64,000 nt of DNA from an uncultured bacterium. GTDB lineage: Bacteria; Babelota; Babeliae; Babelales; Babelaceae. The number at the start of each line of letters is the position of its first letter. The stretch's first letter is position 1. Below are positions 9,559 to 19,348 of the stretch, one piece after another. The notes under the pieces were generated by a model, which was given only the letters and a program-made list of their open reading frames with translations, was not told where the DNA came from and did no database searches. The DNA lies in assembly GCA_963848965.1 (NCBI GenBank), contig CAWKFG010000004.1, positions 288,001 to 352,000 of the forward strand, in the 5' to 3' direction. The translations under genes and the position numbers were made by a program.

Positions 9559-11472
9559 ATGCTTCAAGCTAGAGTTCTTATGCTCAATTATATAGTACAG
9601 TTTACTTTTATCAGTCTTGCTATTACGCTCTCTACTACTTTAGGGGTACTCTTTTATATAACACAGAGCCCATGGGTAGACTTTTCTGTGCTTGAACATT
9701 ATAATCCAGGAAAACCTTCTATTGTACTTGATGATGAAGGAAAAGAGTGGACTCGCTTCCAGCTTGACAGACGCGAGCCTGTTCACATAAAAGATATACC
9801 TGATCACGTTATAAAAGCCTTTTTAGCTGCTGAAGATTGGAACTTTTTCAAGCATTCAGGTCTCTCTTTTAAAGGAATTATCCGCTCCCTCTTGGTAAAC
9901 ATTTACAATGGGCGTAAAGTACAAGGGGCAAGTACTATTACGCAACAACTCGTACGACTTCTCTATTTTGATGCTGAAAAAAGCTTTAAACGTAAAATTA
10001 AAGAGCAATTGCTTGCTATTATTGTTGAACGGCAATTTACAAAAGAGCAAATTCTTGAAACATATCTTAATCATGTCTACTTTGGCTGTGGAATTTATGG
10101 CATTGAAGCAGCAAGTCAACGTTTTTGGAACAAGCATGTTAAAGATATTTCACTTGATGAAGCGGCTGTACTTGCTTCTATTGTACAATTACCTCAGCGC
10201 TACTGCCCTTTATACCACCCCGATGCAACACTTAAGCGCCGTAATACTGTATTATTTAAAATGCGTAAACTAGAGTTTATAACACAAGCAGAGTATGATA
10301 CTGCCTACCAAAAACCTGTAAGCGTTATTAAGAATGACACTGCTACACGAGCTCCTCACCTGAAAGAAACAATTCGTCTCTTTTTAGAAGAGCTTGTTGG
10401 CAAGCATAAACTCTATTCAGGGGGCCTTAAAATACAGACTACTTTAAATCTTAAAATGCAAGAAGAAGCTGAAAGAATCTTTGCCGACTATTTTAAAAAA
10501 TTTCATGAAACAATCTCACCCCAGCTTGAAGGAGCACTACTCTCTATTGATGGATTTACTGGTGGTATTAAAGCGCTTATTGGAGGATGTAACTTTCAAC
10601 AGTCTCAATTTAACAGAGCATTAAAAGCACGACGCCAAATGGGCTCTACCTTTAAGCCCCTTGTCTATGCCACTGCGCTTGTCTGTGGCAAAAACTTTGC
10701 AGATGTTGCAATTGATGAACCAATTACGCTTATTGATAATGGACATGAATGGAGTCCTAATAATGCTAATCATAGATTTGAAGGACCGATGACGCTCGCT
10801 CGCGCCCTTATATTATCAAATAACAGTATTTCTATAAAAACATACTTAGAGGTTGGACCTGAGCGCGTTGTACACTTAGCACAACGATGTGGGATAAAAG
10901 GAGCTACTCATCCCTATCCTTCACTTGCCTTAGGATGTGTTGATGGCACACTTTCTGAAGCAGTAGTGCTCATTAATATGTTTGCTCATCAAGGAATTTT
11001 GGTAGAACCACATTGCGTAGTATGGGTCAAAGATGAATGGGGTAAGAAAATGTGGCGCTATGAAGGAACAAAAAGGCGAGTTTTAAATCCGCGCGTAAGC
11101 GGCCAAGTTGCTAAAGTACTTTCACTCTCTTTAGAAAAAGCACGCAAAAGGGCTCCTCATCAATGGCTTTCATGTGACGCTTTAGGAAAGACCGGAACAA
11201 CAAACGATGCTCGTACATGCTGGTTTACCGGCTCTACACCAGAGGTCACTACCTCTGTTTATATAGGTTGCGATGACAATAGACCTCTTGGTAAAAATGT
11301 ATTTGCTTCTAAAACATCATTTTTTATATGGCGAGATTTTACCAAAACAATTAAAAATACTATAAAAAACTTTTCTTATGATCCTGCATTACATGAGGAA
11401 ACTATACATGCTATTACTGGTCAACTTTGCTTAGCTGATGATCCGCATGCACTTACTATTTTAAAGAATTAA
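9559..11472 (+). CDS. Class A penicillin-binding protein (PBP1A family)
   Basis: Transglycosylase motifs AEDWNFFKH, GASTITQQL, RKIKE; transpeptidase motifs GSTFK, SNN, GKTGT. Confidence 0.95.
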   Translation: MLQARVLMLNYIVQFTFISLAITLSTTLGVLFYITQSPWVDFSVLEHYNPGKPSIVLDDEGKEWTRFQLDRREPVHIKDIPDHVIKAFLAAEDWNFFKHSGLSFKGIIRSLLVNIYNGRKVQGASTITQQLVRLLYFDAEKSFKRKIKEQLLAIIVERQFTKEQILETYLNHVYFGCGIYGIEAASQRFWNKHVKDISLDEAAVLASIVQLPQRYCPLYHPDATLKRRNTVLFKMRKLEFITQAEYDTAYQKPVSVIKNDTATRAPHLKETIRLFLEELVGKHKLYSGGLKIQTTLNLKMQEEAERIFADYFKKFHETISPQLEGALLSIDGFTGGIKALIGGCNFQQSQFNRALKARRQMGSTFKPLVYATALVCGKNFADVAIDEPITLIDNGHEWSPNNANHRFEGPMTLARALILSNNSISIKTYLEVGPERVVHLAQRCGIKGATHPYPSLALGCVDGTLSEAVVLINMFAHQGILVEPHCVVWVKDEWGKKMWRYEGTKRRVLNPRVSGQVAKVLSLSLEKARKRAPHQWLSCDALGKTGTTNDARTCWFTGSTPEVTTSVYIGCDDNRPLGKNVFASKTSFFIWRDFTKTIKNTIKNFSYDPALHEETIHAITGQLCLADDPHALTILKN

Positions 11473-11545
11473 AAAAATATTGCTCTTCTGACTATTGTTT
11501 TCTTATTCTTAAATAACCACACATTTAAGAGAGCAAAGGAGCATT

Positions 11546-12340
11546 ATGATACACAAAAAAAATATTTTTTTTCTTGTACTAAGTTTAGCAAACTGTATAA
11601 CTATGAGCGCACGACAAGAAGTTAAGAAAGCTTTTATTGTCTCAGGTCCTAAAAGCGGTACTCATCTTGCAGCAAAACTAGCAAAAAAACTTATGAAAGG
11701 CCGCTATAAAAATGCTACTAAATTTCATGATTTTAATATGAAAGAGATACAAAATTTATCTTCAAATACTATCTATCTAAGTCATGCTCCCTGCATTGCT
11801 AACTATACGGAATTTTTTGAAAGAGAACACATACGAGGCATTTTTATCTACAGAGATCCGCGAGATCAACTCATATCAAGTCGTCAATGGATCTACCAAC
11901 ATCCTGCTGTATGGCCAGAATTACAACATCTGCACCCTGATGACCTTCTTCTTACGCTCATCAATAACTATCCATGGGCTTACCCCTTTGGCACGAAAAG
12001 CATAAATAATACGTATCAATACTACTTATCTTGGCAAAAACATCCTTATGTGTATACAACAACGTTTGAACGGCTTGTAGGTCCTCAAGGAGGTGGTACA
12101 AGAGAAGAGCAACTTACAGAAATTTATAATATAGCAAAACATCTTAATAAAGATCTTTCGCAAGAGCAAGCAGAACAGTTAGCAAATCAGCTTTTTGGTG
12201 GGACTAATACTTTTAGAAATGGAAAAATAGGAGCATGGAAAAAAAAGAGCGGTTTTAAAGCAGTTCACAAAAGAGCCTTTAAAAAAGTAGCAGGAAAGCT
12301 TCTTATCAAACTAGGTTATGAAAAGGATCTTAATTGGTAA
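11546..12340 (+). CDS. PAPS-dependent sulfotransferase with signal peptide
   Basis: PKSGTHL (5'-PSB), YRDPRDQLIS (3'-PB), FRNGKIGAW; hydrophobic N-terminus. Confidence 0.85.
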   Translation: MIHKKNIFFLVLSLANCITMSARQEVKKAFIVSGPKSGTHLAAKLAKKLMKGRYKNATKFHDFNMKEIQNLSSNTIYLSHAPCIANYTEFFEREHIRGIFIYRDPRDQLISSRQWIYQHPAVWPELQHLHPDDLLLTLINNYPWAYPFGTKSINNTYQYYLSWQKHPYVYTTTFERLVGPQGGGTREEQLTEIYNIAKHLNKDLSQEQAEQLANQLFGGTNTFRNGKIGAWKKKSGFKAVHKRAFKKVAGKLLIKLGYEKDLNW

Positions 12341-12345
12341 AATTA

Positions 12346-13374
12346 CTACAATGAAAGATGTGAGCGCAAAATAGCATAGAATTCTTGAGTATTATGCTCA
12401 AGAGCTCGCTGAGAAAATACATAAAAAAGATCTGGCCTCTGTTTTTGTAGAGCATGAGCATTATCAACTTGATGAGAAGTAGTAGCAGACTCTAATGGTA
12501 TTATAACGGAAGGCTTGCTAAAAAAGTTTAATTCAAATAAGGTACCTGCCCCTGCTCGCGCTATAACGATATCTGCAGCTTGGTAACACACATGAATATC
12601 ATGCCGATAATCAAATACAAGAGTCGGAAAAGAGGAATCTTCATAAGCTTTTTGCACATTCTTACTATCAGCACTTCCTGTTTGATGAATAACCTGTATT
12701 GAAGAATGAAGAAAGCTCGACTCTGTAAGAAATTTTAAACATGCCCTGTTTAAAAACTGTGAGCCTTGTGATCCTCCTAAAAGTAATAACGTCTTACGTT
12801 GAGGATCAAGACCTAAAGTTATGCATGCTTGAGCTTTACTCACTAGATTCTCTTTTTTAAAACGGAGAGGGTATGGCGCAACCTGAACTTTCTTAGAAGC
12901 AAAGAATGTGCATGTTTGATTAAAACATACAAGCACTTGTTGAGAAAGAGGAGCAAGCCATTGTACTGCTCTACCAGGAACAGCATTCAACTCATACGTA
13001 GTAATAGGAATGCGCAAAAGCCATCCGGCTATACATACAGGCAATGAAACATAACCTCCCATGCTTATTATCTTTTCTGGTTTTAAGCGCCACAATGTTT
13101 TTAAGCTCATAAAAAAAGCTTTTACAAATTGCCCGATAAAAAGAGGATATCTAAGAAAGCGAGAGCGCGGAAAGTTAGTAAGCGTAAGTGGTACATAAAA
13201 AGAGATATTCGTATAAAAACTGGTAATAGCTTTATCGAGGTTACTGTCTGTTGAAAAAAGAAGCACTTTATAATCAGGATTATGCTCAATAAAAGTTTGG
13301 CCATACGTTATACCTGGCACTATATGGCCACCCGATTTTCCTGCAACAATACAAAGTACTTTTTGCTTACTCAT
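12346..13374 (-). CDS. murG: Lipid II GlcNAc transferase MurG
   Basis: Motifs AGKSGGHIVP, GGYVSLP, GGSQGS, HQTG, ARAGAGT, HQVDNA. Confidence 0.9.
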   Translation of the reverse strand: MSKQKVLCIVAGKSGGHIVPGITYGQTFIEHNPDYKVLLFSTDSNLDKAITSFYTNISFYVPLTLTNFPRSRFLRYPLFIGQFVKAFFMSLKTLWRLKPEKIISMGGYVSLPVCIAGWLLRIPITTYELNAVPGRAVQWLAPLSQQVLVCFNQTCTFFASKKVQVAPYPLRFKKENLVSKAQACITLGLDPQRKTLLLLGGSQGSQFLNRACLKFLTESSFLHSSIQVIHQTGSADSKNVQKAYEDSSFPTLVFDYRHDIHVCYQAADIVIARAGAGTLFELNFFSKPSVIIPLESATTSHQVDNAHALQKQRPDLFYVFSQRALEHNTQEFYAILRSHLSL

Positions 13375-13381
13375 AGTTAAT

Positions 13382-13425
13382 ATCCCTTATAGTAGTAGCT
13401 ACTCTCTTATACTACCATAAGGGAT
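13382..13425. terminator. Hairpin between GT32-like gene and murG (possible terminator)
   Basis: ATCCCTTAT-AGTAGTA...TACTACC-ATAAGGGAT inverted repeat. Confidence 0.4.
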
Positions 13426-13446
13426 AAAGTTTACAAACTGTAGTAC

Positions 13447-14370
13447 CTATTTCTTAACAGGCTTTTTCCAACCAGTTTCCCACCAGTGAATAGCTGCAGA
13501 CTCTTGTCTACACACTTTCTGCTTAATTTCATCTTCAGTAAGCTTTCTGAATGCTCTGCTTTGTTGATAGCATCCAAGAGGATAAAAGAACGTTGCAGGA
13601 AACGCTATGTCTTTATACCCTTCTTTATTAGCATGTTTTAAAAAGAGGCTGCCAAGAAAGCCTGGTCCTGTTTTGAGCACTACTTCTTGATGTAAGAGAG
13701 TTGTAGGAGTTTTCCATCTGCTCCTTAAACCTTTTATATATGCTTTTAGTATTGGATGTCCTGGAACAGCTCCTATTATCGCATTATTTGGACCAACTAA
13801 TGTACTGTCCATAGGATGAAGACCAACATAAAAATCATAATGCTTATTAAGGACAGCAAATACTTCCGGTTTTATACATTCAAAATCCATATCAACATAG
13901 AGACCACCAAATTGGTTAAGAATCTCCATACGTAAAATATCTGCTCTTTGCCCATAGGTTTTTGCATCATCATAGAGATCACGATTAGCAAAATTAAATT
14001 TTTCTACGTCTTTATCTGTCCACAGTTTATATTCCCATCCAGGCCACTGTTTCCATGTTTTTTGCCATGCTTTATACTCTTGTGGCAGAGGGCTACCAAT
14101 CCATATTTGGTGAATAATACGAGGTATGCGATACTTAGCTTCAGTATACTCAGTAACTTTATTTCTTTCATAGAGTGAACGATAAAATGTAAGTAACTGA
14201 CCACGTAGTCCCATACGCATTTTATAATACTTGCTAAAATAGGTGTCATCCTTTCCAAGTGCATTATCAAAATCTGGTAAGTATGCCTTTTTAGGCGAAA
14301 TACTTCGTGCTTCTTGACTAGAGAGAATGCTCATAATCATAAGAAAAGTAACTTTTAAAAAGTGCTTCAT
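13447..14370 (-). CDS. DxD glycosyltransferase (GT32/OCH1-like) with signal peptide
   Basis: Motifs IPRIIHQIW, RADILR, GGLYVDMDFEC, TGP, AIHWW; signal peptide ending ...SQEA. Confidence 0.85.
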   Translation of the reverse strand: MKHFLKVTFLMIMSILSSQEARSISPKKAYLPDFDNALGKDDTYFSKYYKMRMGLRGQLLTFYRSLYERNKVTEYTEAKYRIPRIIHQIWIGSPLPQEYKAWQKTWKQWPGWEYKLWTDKDVEKFNFANRDLYDDAKTYGQRADILRMEILNQFGGLYVDMDFECIKPEVFAVLNKHYDFYVGLHPMDSTLVGPNNAIIGAVPGHPILKAYIKGLRSRWKTPTTLLHQEVVLKTGPGFLGSLFLKHANKEGYKDIAFPATFFYPLGCYQQSRAFRKLTEDEIKQKVCRQESAAIHWWETGWKKPVKK

Positions 14371-14382
14371 AGTCTCCTTATC

Positions 14383-15312
14383 CTAATTAAATGCTTTCTT
14401 CTTTTTTGCTTTCTTTTTCCAACTTTGAGTCCACCAATGAATAGCTGCAGACTCAGGTTTTATTGCAGCTCGCTTAACGTTTTCAAAGTATTTTTGAAGA
14501 TATTCTCCTTGACGAAGTCCTAAAGGATAAAAAAGAGAAGGCGGTAATGCAATATCAATAGTAGTCTTTCCTGCATATTTCATAAATACTGTTGTAAAAA
14601 GGCCAGGGCCTGTTTTTAACACTACCTCACTATACGAACCTGTAGTTGGTTTATACCAATTTTTGCGTATTGCATGTATATACTTTTCAAGAATTGGGTG
14701 ACCTTTAACAGAACCTATAATTGCATTGTTCACGCCAAAGAGACTACAATCGACAGGCGTAATACCTGTATAAAAGTCATAGTAACGATGCAAAAGTGTA
14801 AACAGCTCTGGATTTAAACACTCAAAATCCATATCAACATAGAGCCCACCAAACTGGTTAAGAAGTTCAATACGCAAAAGATCCGCTTTCTGGCCATATG
14901 TTTTAGCTGCTTCAAAGAACTCTCTATTGACAAGCTGAAGCTCTTTTACATCTTTATCTGTCCACAATTTATATTCCCATCCTGGCCAATTTTGCCATGT
15001 TGCTTGCCACTTTTTATATCTATCAGGAAGCGGGCTACCCAACCATATCTGATGAATAATACGCGGAATATTTAATGTAGGAAAGGGTTTTATATTCAGC
15101 AGCTTATTTTTTTCATATAACTCTCTAAAAAGCTCTAAAGTCTTTGAGCGCAAAGAAAGTCGATTTTTATAATATGTATTATAGTATCTATTACCCTTAC
15201 CAAGCGAAAGATCAAAATCGGGAGAATATTTCTGTAAAAGGGATGGTACTCCAAAGGCTAGTGTTCCATAACCTACCATCATTACTAATTTTATGCTTAT
15301 AGTGTAAGCCAT
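14383..15312 (-). CDS. DxD glycosyltransferase (GT32-like), paralog 2
   Basis: Same motifs as 13447..14370; hydrophobic N-terminus ending TLAFG. Confidence 0.85.
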   Translation of the reverse strand: MAYTISIKLVMMVGYGTLAFGVPSLLQKYSPDFDLSLGKGNRYYNTYYKNRLSLRSKTLELFRELYEKNKLLNIKPFPTLNIPRIIHQIWLGSPLPDRYKKWQATWQNWPGWEYKLWTDKDVKELQLVNREFFEAAKTYGQKADLLRIELLNQFGGLYVDMDFECLNPELFTLLHRYYDFYTGITPVDCSLFGVNNAIIGSVKGHPILEKYIHAIRKNWYKPTTGSYSEVVLKTGPGLFTTVFMKYAGKTTIDIALPPSLFYPLGLRQGEYLQKYFENVKRAAIKPESAAIHWWTQSWKKKAKKKKAFN

Positions 15313-15337
15313 ACTACTCCTTTAATGTCTCTGGATA

Positions 15338-15982
15338 TTACTGTAATGAGTAATGTCTTAAACGATCAATTTTGCCTTTTAAGTTTTTCGTTTGAAAAAA
15401 AGCATTACAATAGGTTTTCTCTACCATTCGATTACAGTCATGCACAAATACGTCTACCTGCTTTTCACTTTTCGAAGCAAGCCTTGCTGCTGTATAAATA
15501 CTTTTCATTCGTCCAGGTGCACCAGCCCCTACACCAAGCGGAGCATCAACAAAAATTATATCCCAAGAAACAGCACTTATATGAGGAGGCAATTCGAGTT
15601 TTAAAAGGTTTTTTGATCCCTGTTCAAGTAATACCTTCCATTGATCTACATGAGTTTCATACTTTATTAAGTACGCTTCGAGAGAAGGAATTTGTTCTTT
15701 TATTCGATTAAACCATTGAACATTATTTTCTAAAAATACCGTTTTACCCCCTTTGTTTAACTCTAACCATAAACTACTATCTCTTCCTAAACCAAAAACT
15801 AACACATTACAAGGAGCTTTTTTATATATAGTTTCAGCAATAAGAGAATACTCTTGTACCGAAAGCTGGTTAGGATTATTTTTTACAAGCTCTACAATTT
15901 TCTTGTAATAGACCTGGGACAGTCCTGCAAGAGATAAAGACAAAGTACTCAAAACACCTATCCCATAAATATACTTTTTCAT
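15338..15982 (-). CDS. DUF579-type polysaccharide O-methyltransferase (plant GXM/IRX15-like) with signal peptide
   Basis: Motifs PCNVLVFGLG.DS.LW..LN.GG.TVFLE, WDIIFVDAP.G...APGRM.SIYTA and DVFVHD..R.VE; start taken at MKKYIYG. Confidence 0.8.
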   Translation of the reverse strand: MKKYIYGIGVLSTLSLSLAGLSQVYYKKIVELVKNNPNQLSVQEYSLIAETIYKKAPCNVLVFGLGRDSSLWLELNKGGKTVFLENNVQWFNRIKEQIPSLEAYLIKYETHVDQWKVLLEQGSKNLLKLELPPHISAVSWDIIFVDAPLGVGAGAPGRMKSIYTAARLASKSEKQVDVFVHDCNRMVEKTYCNAFFQTKNLKGKIDRLRHYSLQ

Positions 15983-16016
15983 GTTTACCTTTCTCTTAAC
16001 ATTCTGAAAGTGTACA

Positions 16017-17294
16017 TCATTCTTTACTATCTTCTTCCTTTTGTAAAACATAGGTGTGATATTTATTATACAAAGTAGAAGAAGTTGTTATAATGTCGTT
16101 TCCTTTAATTTTATTACATGTTCCAAGAATAACATTTTTCGGTTTGACCAAGGTAATAAACGTATTCTTGAGATTTCTATAGCAATAGCGCTTAACCCAC
16201 TTTCTTCCTACTACTGCTTTACTTAAATAGTGCTCATAATTAGAATATACATCTCTCATTGCTTCACGTACATCATTGATTTTACAATTAAAGTAGTACC
16301 CTATATGCTTTTTAAATTCACTATAGTAGGCAGGCTCCATAATAAGACTTGGTACAGCTCGTACCAAACCTGTATCACAAATGGTGGTATGCGCAGTATT
16401 TTTACTCAAAATACATGGTATACCTAAAGCGAGTGCTTCACGAGGTGTAATAGAAAAACCTTCTCCTTTTGATATAAAAACATAACAATCAAGTGATGAT
16501 AAGAAAGAGAAATATTCCTTTCTGTTAAATCGCTTTTTTATCAGCTGTATATTAGGACAGCCTGCTACTTTTATCAGATTCTCTAGAGAGCTCTCAATCT
16601 CGCTTTCATCCTTTCTTCTTGCATGTACCCTTAGTTGCACTTGAGCGTTATTACCAAACTCTCTTATAAACGCTCTTACCAATGATTCCAAATTTTTACG
16701 AGGATAAAATGTCCCCGAAACACCAAAAGTAAAGAGTTCATTTTTTTTGTCCTTTAATGGTTGCTCAAGAAATTCATCAAGATACAAACTATAGGGAATA
16801 ACAAAAATAGGGATCTTTACGCCAGACCGCTTATATACAGGTACAAGAAATTTATCTGGAACTACTACCGCATCAAAACTGTGATTAAGAATAGTAACCC
16901 ATTGTTGAGGGATCTCTGTTGATTCAAACATTGAATAAGCAATTTTTATGGGGCTTTCCTGAGGTACCGTATATGCTGGAAATACCCGAGGAATCCATAA
17001 AAGATCACAAAAAAGTGCAACTTTACCTGGAGTCTTATCTGGATTTTGTGCGATTTTTCGCACCCGCAATGGTATATCGTCATAATTAAGCCCATAAGCA
17101 CATCTTGTACGAATAAAGTTTACCTTAAGGTTATCTTTAAATGTATCAATTAATATAATAGGAAATCGGGCTAGACTTTCTGAAAATTGCATTTCACCTA
17201 TGACAGTTACATCATAGTGAGAATTTACAGCATCGAGAGCACTATACGCTGTAAAAAGACAGAAAAAAATACTTATAAAAAAGAGCTTCATCAC
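16017..17294 (-). CDS. GT4-like (GT-B) glycosyltransferase with signal peptide, paralog A
   Basis: EX7E motif SKGEGFSITPREALALGIPCI; YSMFES and RKN motifs; signal peptide ending ...AYSALDA. Confidence 0.85.
   Translation of the reverse strand: MMKLFFISIFFCLFTAYSALDAVNSHYDVTVIGEMQFSESLARFPIILIDTFKDNLKVNFIRTRCAYGLNYDDIPLRVRKIAQNPDKTPGKVALFCDLLWIPRVFPAYTVPQESPIKIAYSMFESTEIPQQWVTILNHSFDAVVVPDKFLVPVYKRSGVKIPIFVIPYSLYLDEFLEQPLKDKKNELFTFGVSGTFYPRKNLESLVRAFIREFGNNAQVQLRVHARRKDESEIESSLENLIKVAGCPNIQLIKKRFNRKEYFSFLSSLDCYVFISKGEGFSITPREALALGIPCILSKNTAHTTICDTGLVRAVPSLIMEPAYYSEFKKHIGYYFNCKINDVREAMRDVYSNYEHYLSKAVVGRKWVKRYCYRNLKNTFITLVKPKNVILGTCNKIKGNDIITTSSTLYNKYHTYVLQKEEDSKE
16208..16469. repeat. 262-bp inverted repeat, copy 1 (partner 20156-20417)
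   Basis: Manual alignment shows 4 mismatches in 262 nt. Confidence 0.9.
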
Positions 17295-17333
17295 AATTTT
17301 TTCTCCCTATCAAGCATCTGTAATTATCATTAC

Positions 17334-17363
17334 ACTATAATTTTGCTGATACTATTGAGTCAA
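17334..17363 (-). promoter_or_regulatory. Sigma70-like promoter of GT4 paralog A
   Basis: TTGACT-N18-TATAGT on the minus strand; near-duplicate at 18672-18701. Confidence 0.5.
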
Positions 17364-17392
17364 GAAAAAGAAATAATAGAGAGGGAAAGTAT

Positions 17393-18631
17393 TCATTTAA
17401 TAACGTATGTATAATATTTCTTATAGAGAGCCAATGAATTTGTTATAAGATAACCATCTTTAATTTCATTAGATTGTCCAAGTATAAGTTTCTTTGGCTT
17501 TACCAGAGTCACATACCTATTTTTGAGCCTCTTATAAGAATAGTACGCGCTCCATAAGCGTCGTTGAATAGCATTACCAAGATAGTGATCATAATTTTTA
17601 TAGACATCTCTCATCGCTTTTCTTACGTCTTCTTCTTTGCAATTAAAATAATAACCTATCTGGCCATTAAATGAAGGGTAAAACGCAGGCTCTGCAATAG
17701 AGCAAGGAACTGGATACACTAAACCTGTATTACAAATGGTGATATGCGCAGTATTTCTACTTAAAATACAGGGTATACCTAAAGCAAGTGCTTCACGAGG
17801 TGTAATAGAAAAACCTTCTCCTTTTGATATAAAAACATAACAATCAAGTGATGATAAGAAAGAGAAATATTCCTTTCTGTTAAATCGCTTTCTTATTAGC
17901 TCTACATTAGAACAATCTGCTGCTTTTATTATATTCTTTATAGAGCGCTCAATTTCGCTTTCATCCTTTCTTCTTGCATGTACCTTTAGTTGCACTCGAG
18001 CGTTAGTACCAAACTCTTTTATAAACGCTCTTACAAGTAATTCCAAATTTTTACGAGGATAAAATGTCCCCGAAACACCAAAGGTAAAGAGTTCATTTTT
18101 CTTGTCTTTTAATGGTTGCTTAAGAAACTCATCAAGATACAAACCATAGGGAATAACAAAAATAGGAATCTTTACCCCAGATCGCTTATATATAGGCACA
18201 AGAAATTTATCTGGAACTACTACTGCATCAAATCTATTATTAAGAACAGTAACCCATTGCGGCGGTATAGCGCTTGACTCTAGCATTGAGTAGGCAATTT
18301 TTATAGGAGAATTCGGTACTAACCGTGCAGGAAATATATGCTTAGTCCAAAGAAGATCACAAAAAAGTGTAACTTTACCTGACGTCTTGTCAGAATTCTT
18401 TGCAATATGCTGCACCTTTAAGGGAACATCCTCAAAAGATGGCTCCATATAAGGCCTGCTAAAAATGAAATTTACTTTTAGATCATCTTTCAGCATGTCT
18501 ATTAATACAATAGGAAATCGTGCTAGACTTTCTGAAAATTTCATCTCACCTACTACTGTTACGTCATAGTTAGGTGCAGTATAAAACGTAAACAAAAAGC
18601 TAAAAACATAACCTGCTATAAGGAATCTCAT
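17393..18631 (-). CDS. GT4-like glycosyltransferase with signal peptide, paralog B
   Basis: EX7E motif; start taken at MRFLIAGYVFSFLFTFYTA. Confidence 0.85.
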   Translation of the reverse strand: MRFLIAGYVFSFLFTFYTAPNYDVTVVGEMKFSESLARFPIVLIDMLKDDLKVNFIFSRPYMEPSFEDVPLKVQHIAKNSDKTSGKVTLFCDLLWTKHIFPARLVPNSPIKIAYSMLESSAIPPQWVTVLNNRFDAVVVPDKFLVPIYKRSGVKIPIFVIPYGLYLDEFLKQPLKDKKNELFTFGVSGTFYPRKNLELLVRAFIKEFGTNARVQLKVHARRKDESEIERSIKNIIKAADCSNVELIRKRFNRKEYFSFLSSLDCYVFISKGEGFSITPREALALGIPCILSRNTAHITICNTGLVYPVPCSIAEPAFYPSFNGQIGYYFNCKEEDVRKAMRDVYKNYDHYLGNAIQRRLWSAYYSYKRLKNRYVTLVKPKKLILGQSNEIKDGYLITNSLALYKKYYTYVIK

Positions 18632-18671
18632 ACAGCCTTCCTGGTACTTATAAGCATCATAGTAAACAGTT

Positions 18672-18701
18672 ACTATAATTTTGCTCATAGTAGTAAGTCA
18701 A
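18672..18701 (-). promoter_or_regulatory. Sigma70-like promoter of GT4 paralog B
   Basis: TTGACT-N18-TATAGT, with spacer ending AGCAAAAT as at 17334-17363. Confidence 0.5.
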
Positions 18702-18758
18702 GAAAAGGTGAAAAATTTTCCTTTTCTATAAGAAGAAAAGAGCCATGACATACATAGC

Positions 18759-19220
18759 TTATTCCTCCATACAGCGCACAAGAAATCCTTCCAGTGCCTT
18801 AGAAAGTTCACTATCATTGAGGGATGCTAATGCACACCTATGCTCTGATGAAAGCTTAAAATTACGAGAATAACTTCTTTGCCTGCTTTCAAACATCTTT
18901 TTTTTCTTAATCTCTTCTACTAATTTAAATTTAAGCTGAGTAATGCGTGGTTTATCTAAGTTTTTATTAATTGAGTCTAACAATACCTTAGAAAGCATAA
19001 ACAATTCTTGCATCCAGTGAGCTTCATATACTCCTATTACAAGAGTAGCATCATAAATTTTTTCCAATCGTATTCGTGTTTCTAATGAACCAACAATAGA
19101 CTGCCAATTTCGCAAAAGCTGAAATCGCCAATCATTATTAGAACCTAGCACATTAGATAAAAGATGATTAAGGTTAAGCATGGTATTCATTTCATTAAGA
19201 CACATACACTTCTTATACAT
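18759..19220 (-). CDS. DUF721 / DciA-like protein
   Basis: Pattern L..W..IVG......R.....D..L.I.V....WMQEL..L...L...IN; start uncertain. Confidence 0.75.
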   Translation of the reverse strand: MYKKCMCLNEMNTMLNLNHLLSNVLGSNNDWRFQLLRNWQSIVGSLETRIRLEKIYDATLVIGVYEAHWMQELFMLSKVLLDSINKNLDKPRITQLKFKLVEEIKKKKMFESRQRSYSRNFKLSSEHRCALASLNDSELSKALEGFLVRCMEE

Positions 19221-19348
19221 TTAATATAAAAATGATAAGAAACTCAAGTCTTGACTTTTGTATAATTAATCTTGCTAACTACTGTAGTAAGCTATTTATA
19301 ATAATGGCCCTCTGCGATCGATACAACCTTACTATACATGGGACATAG

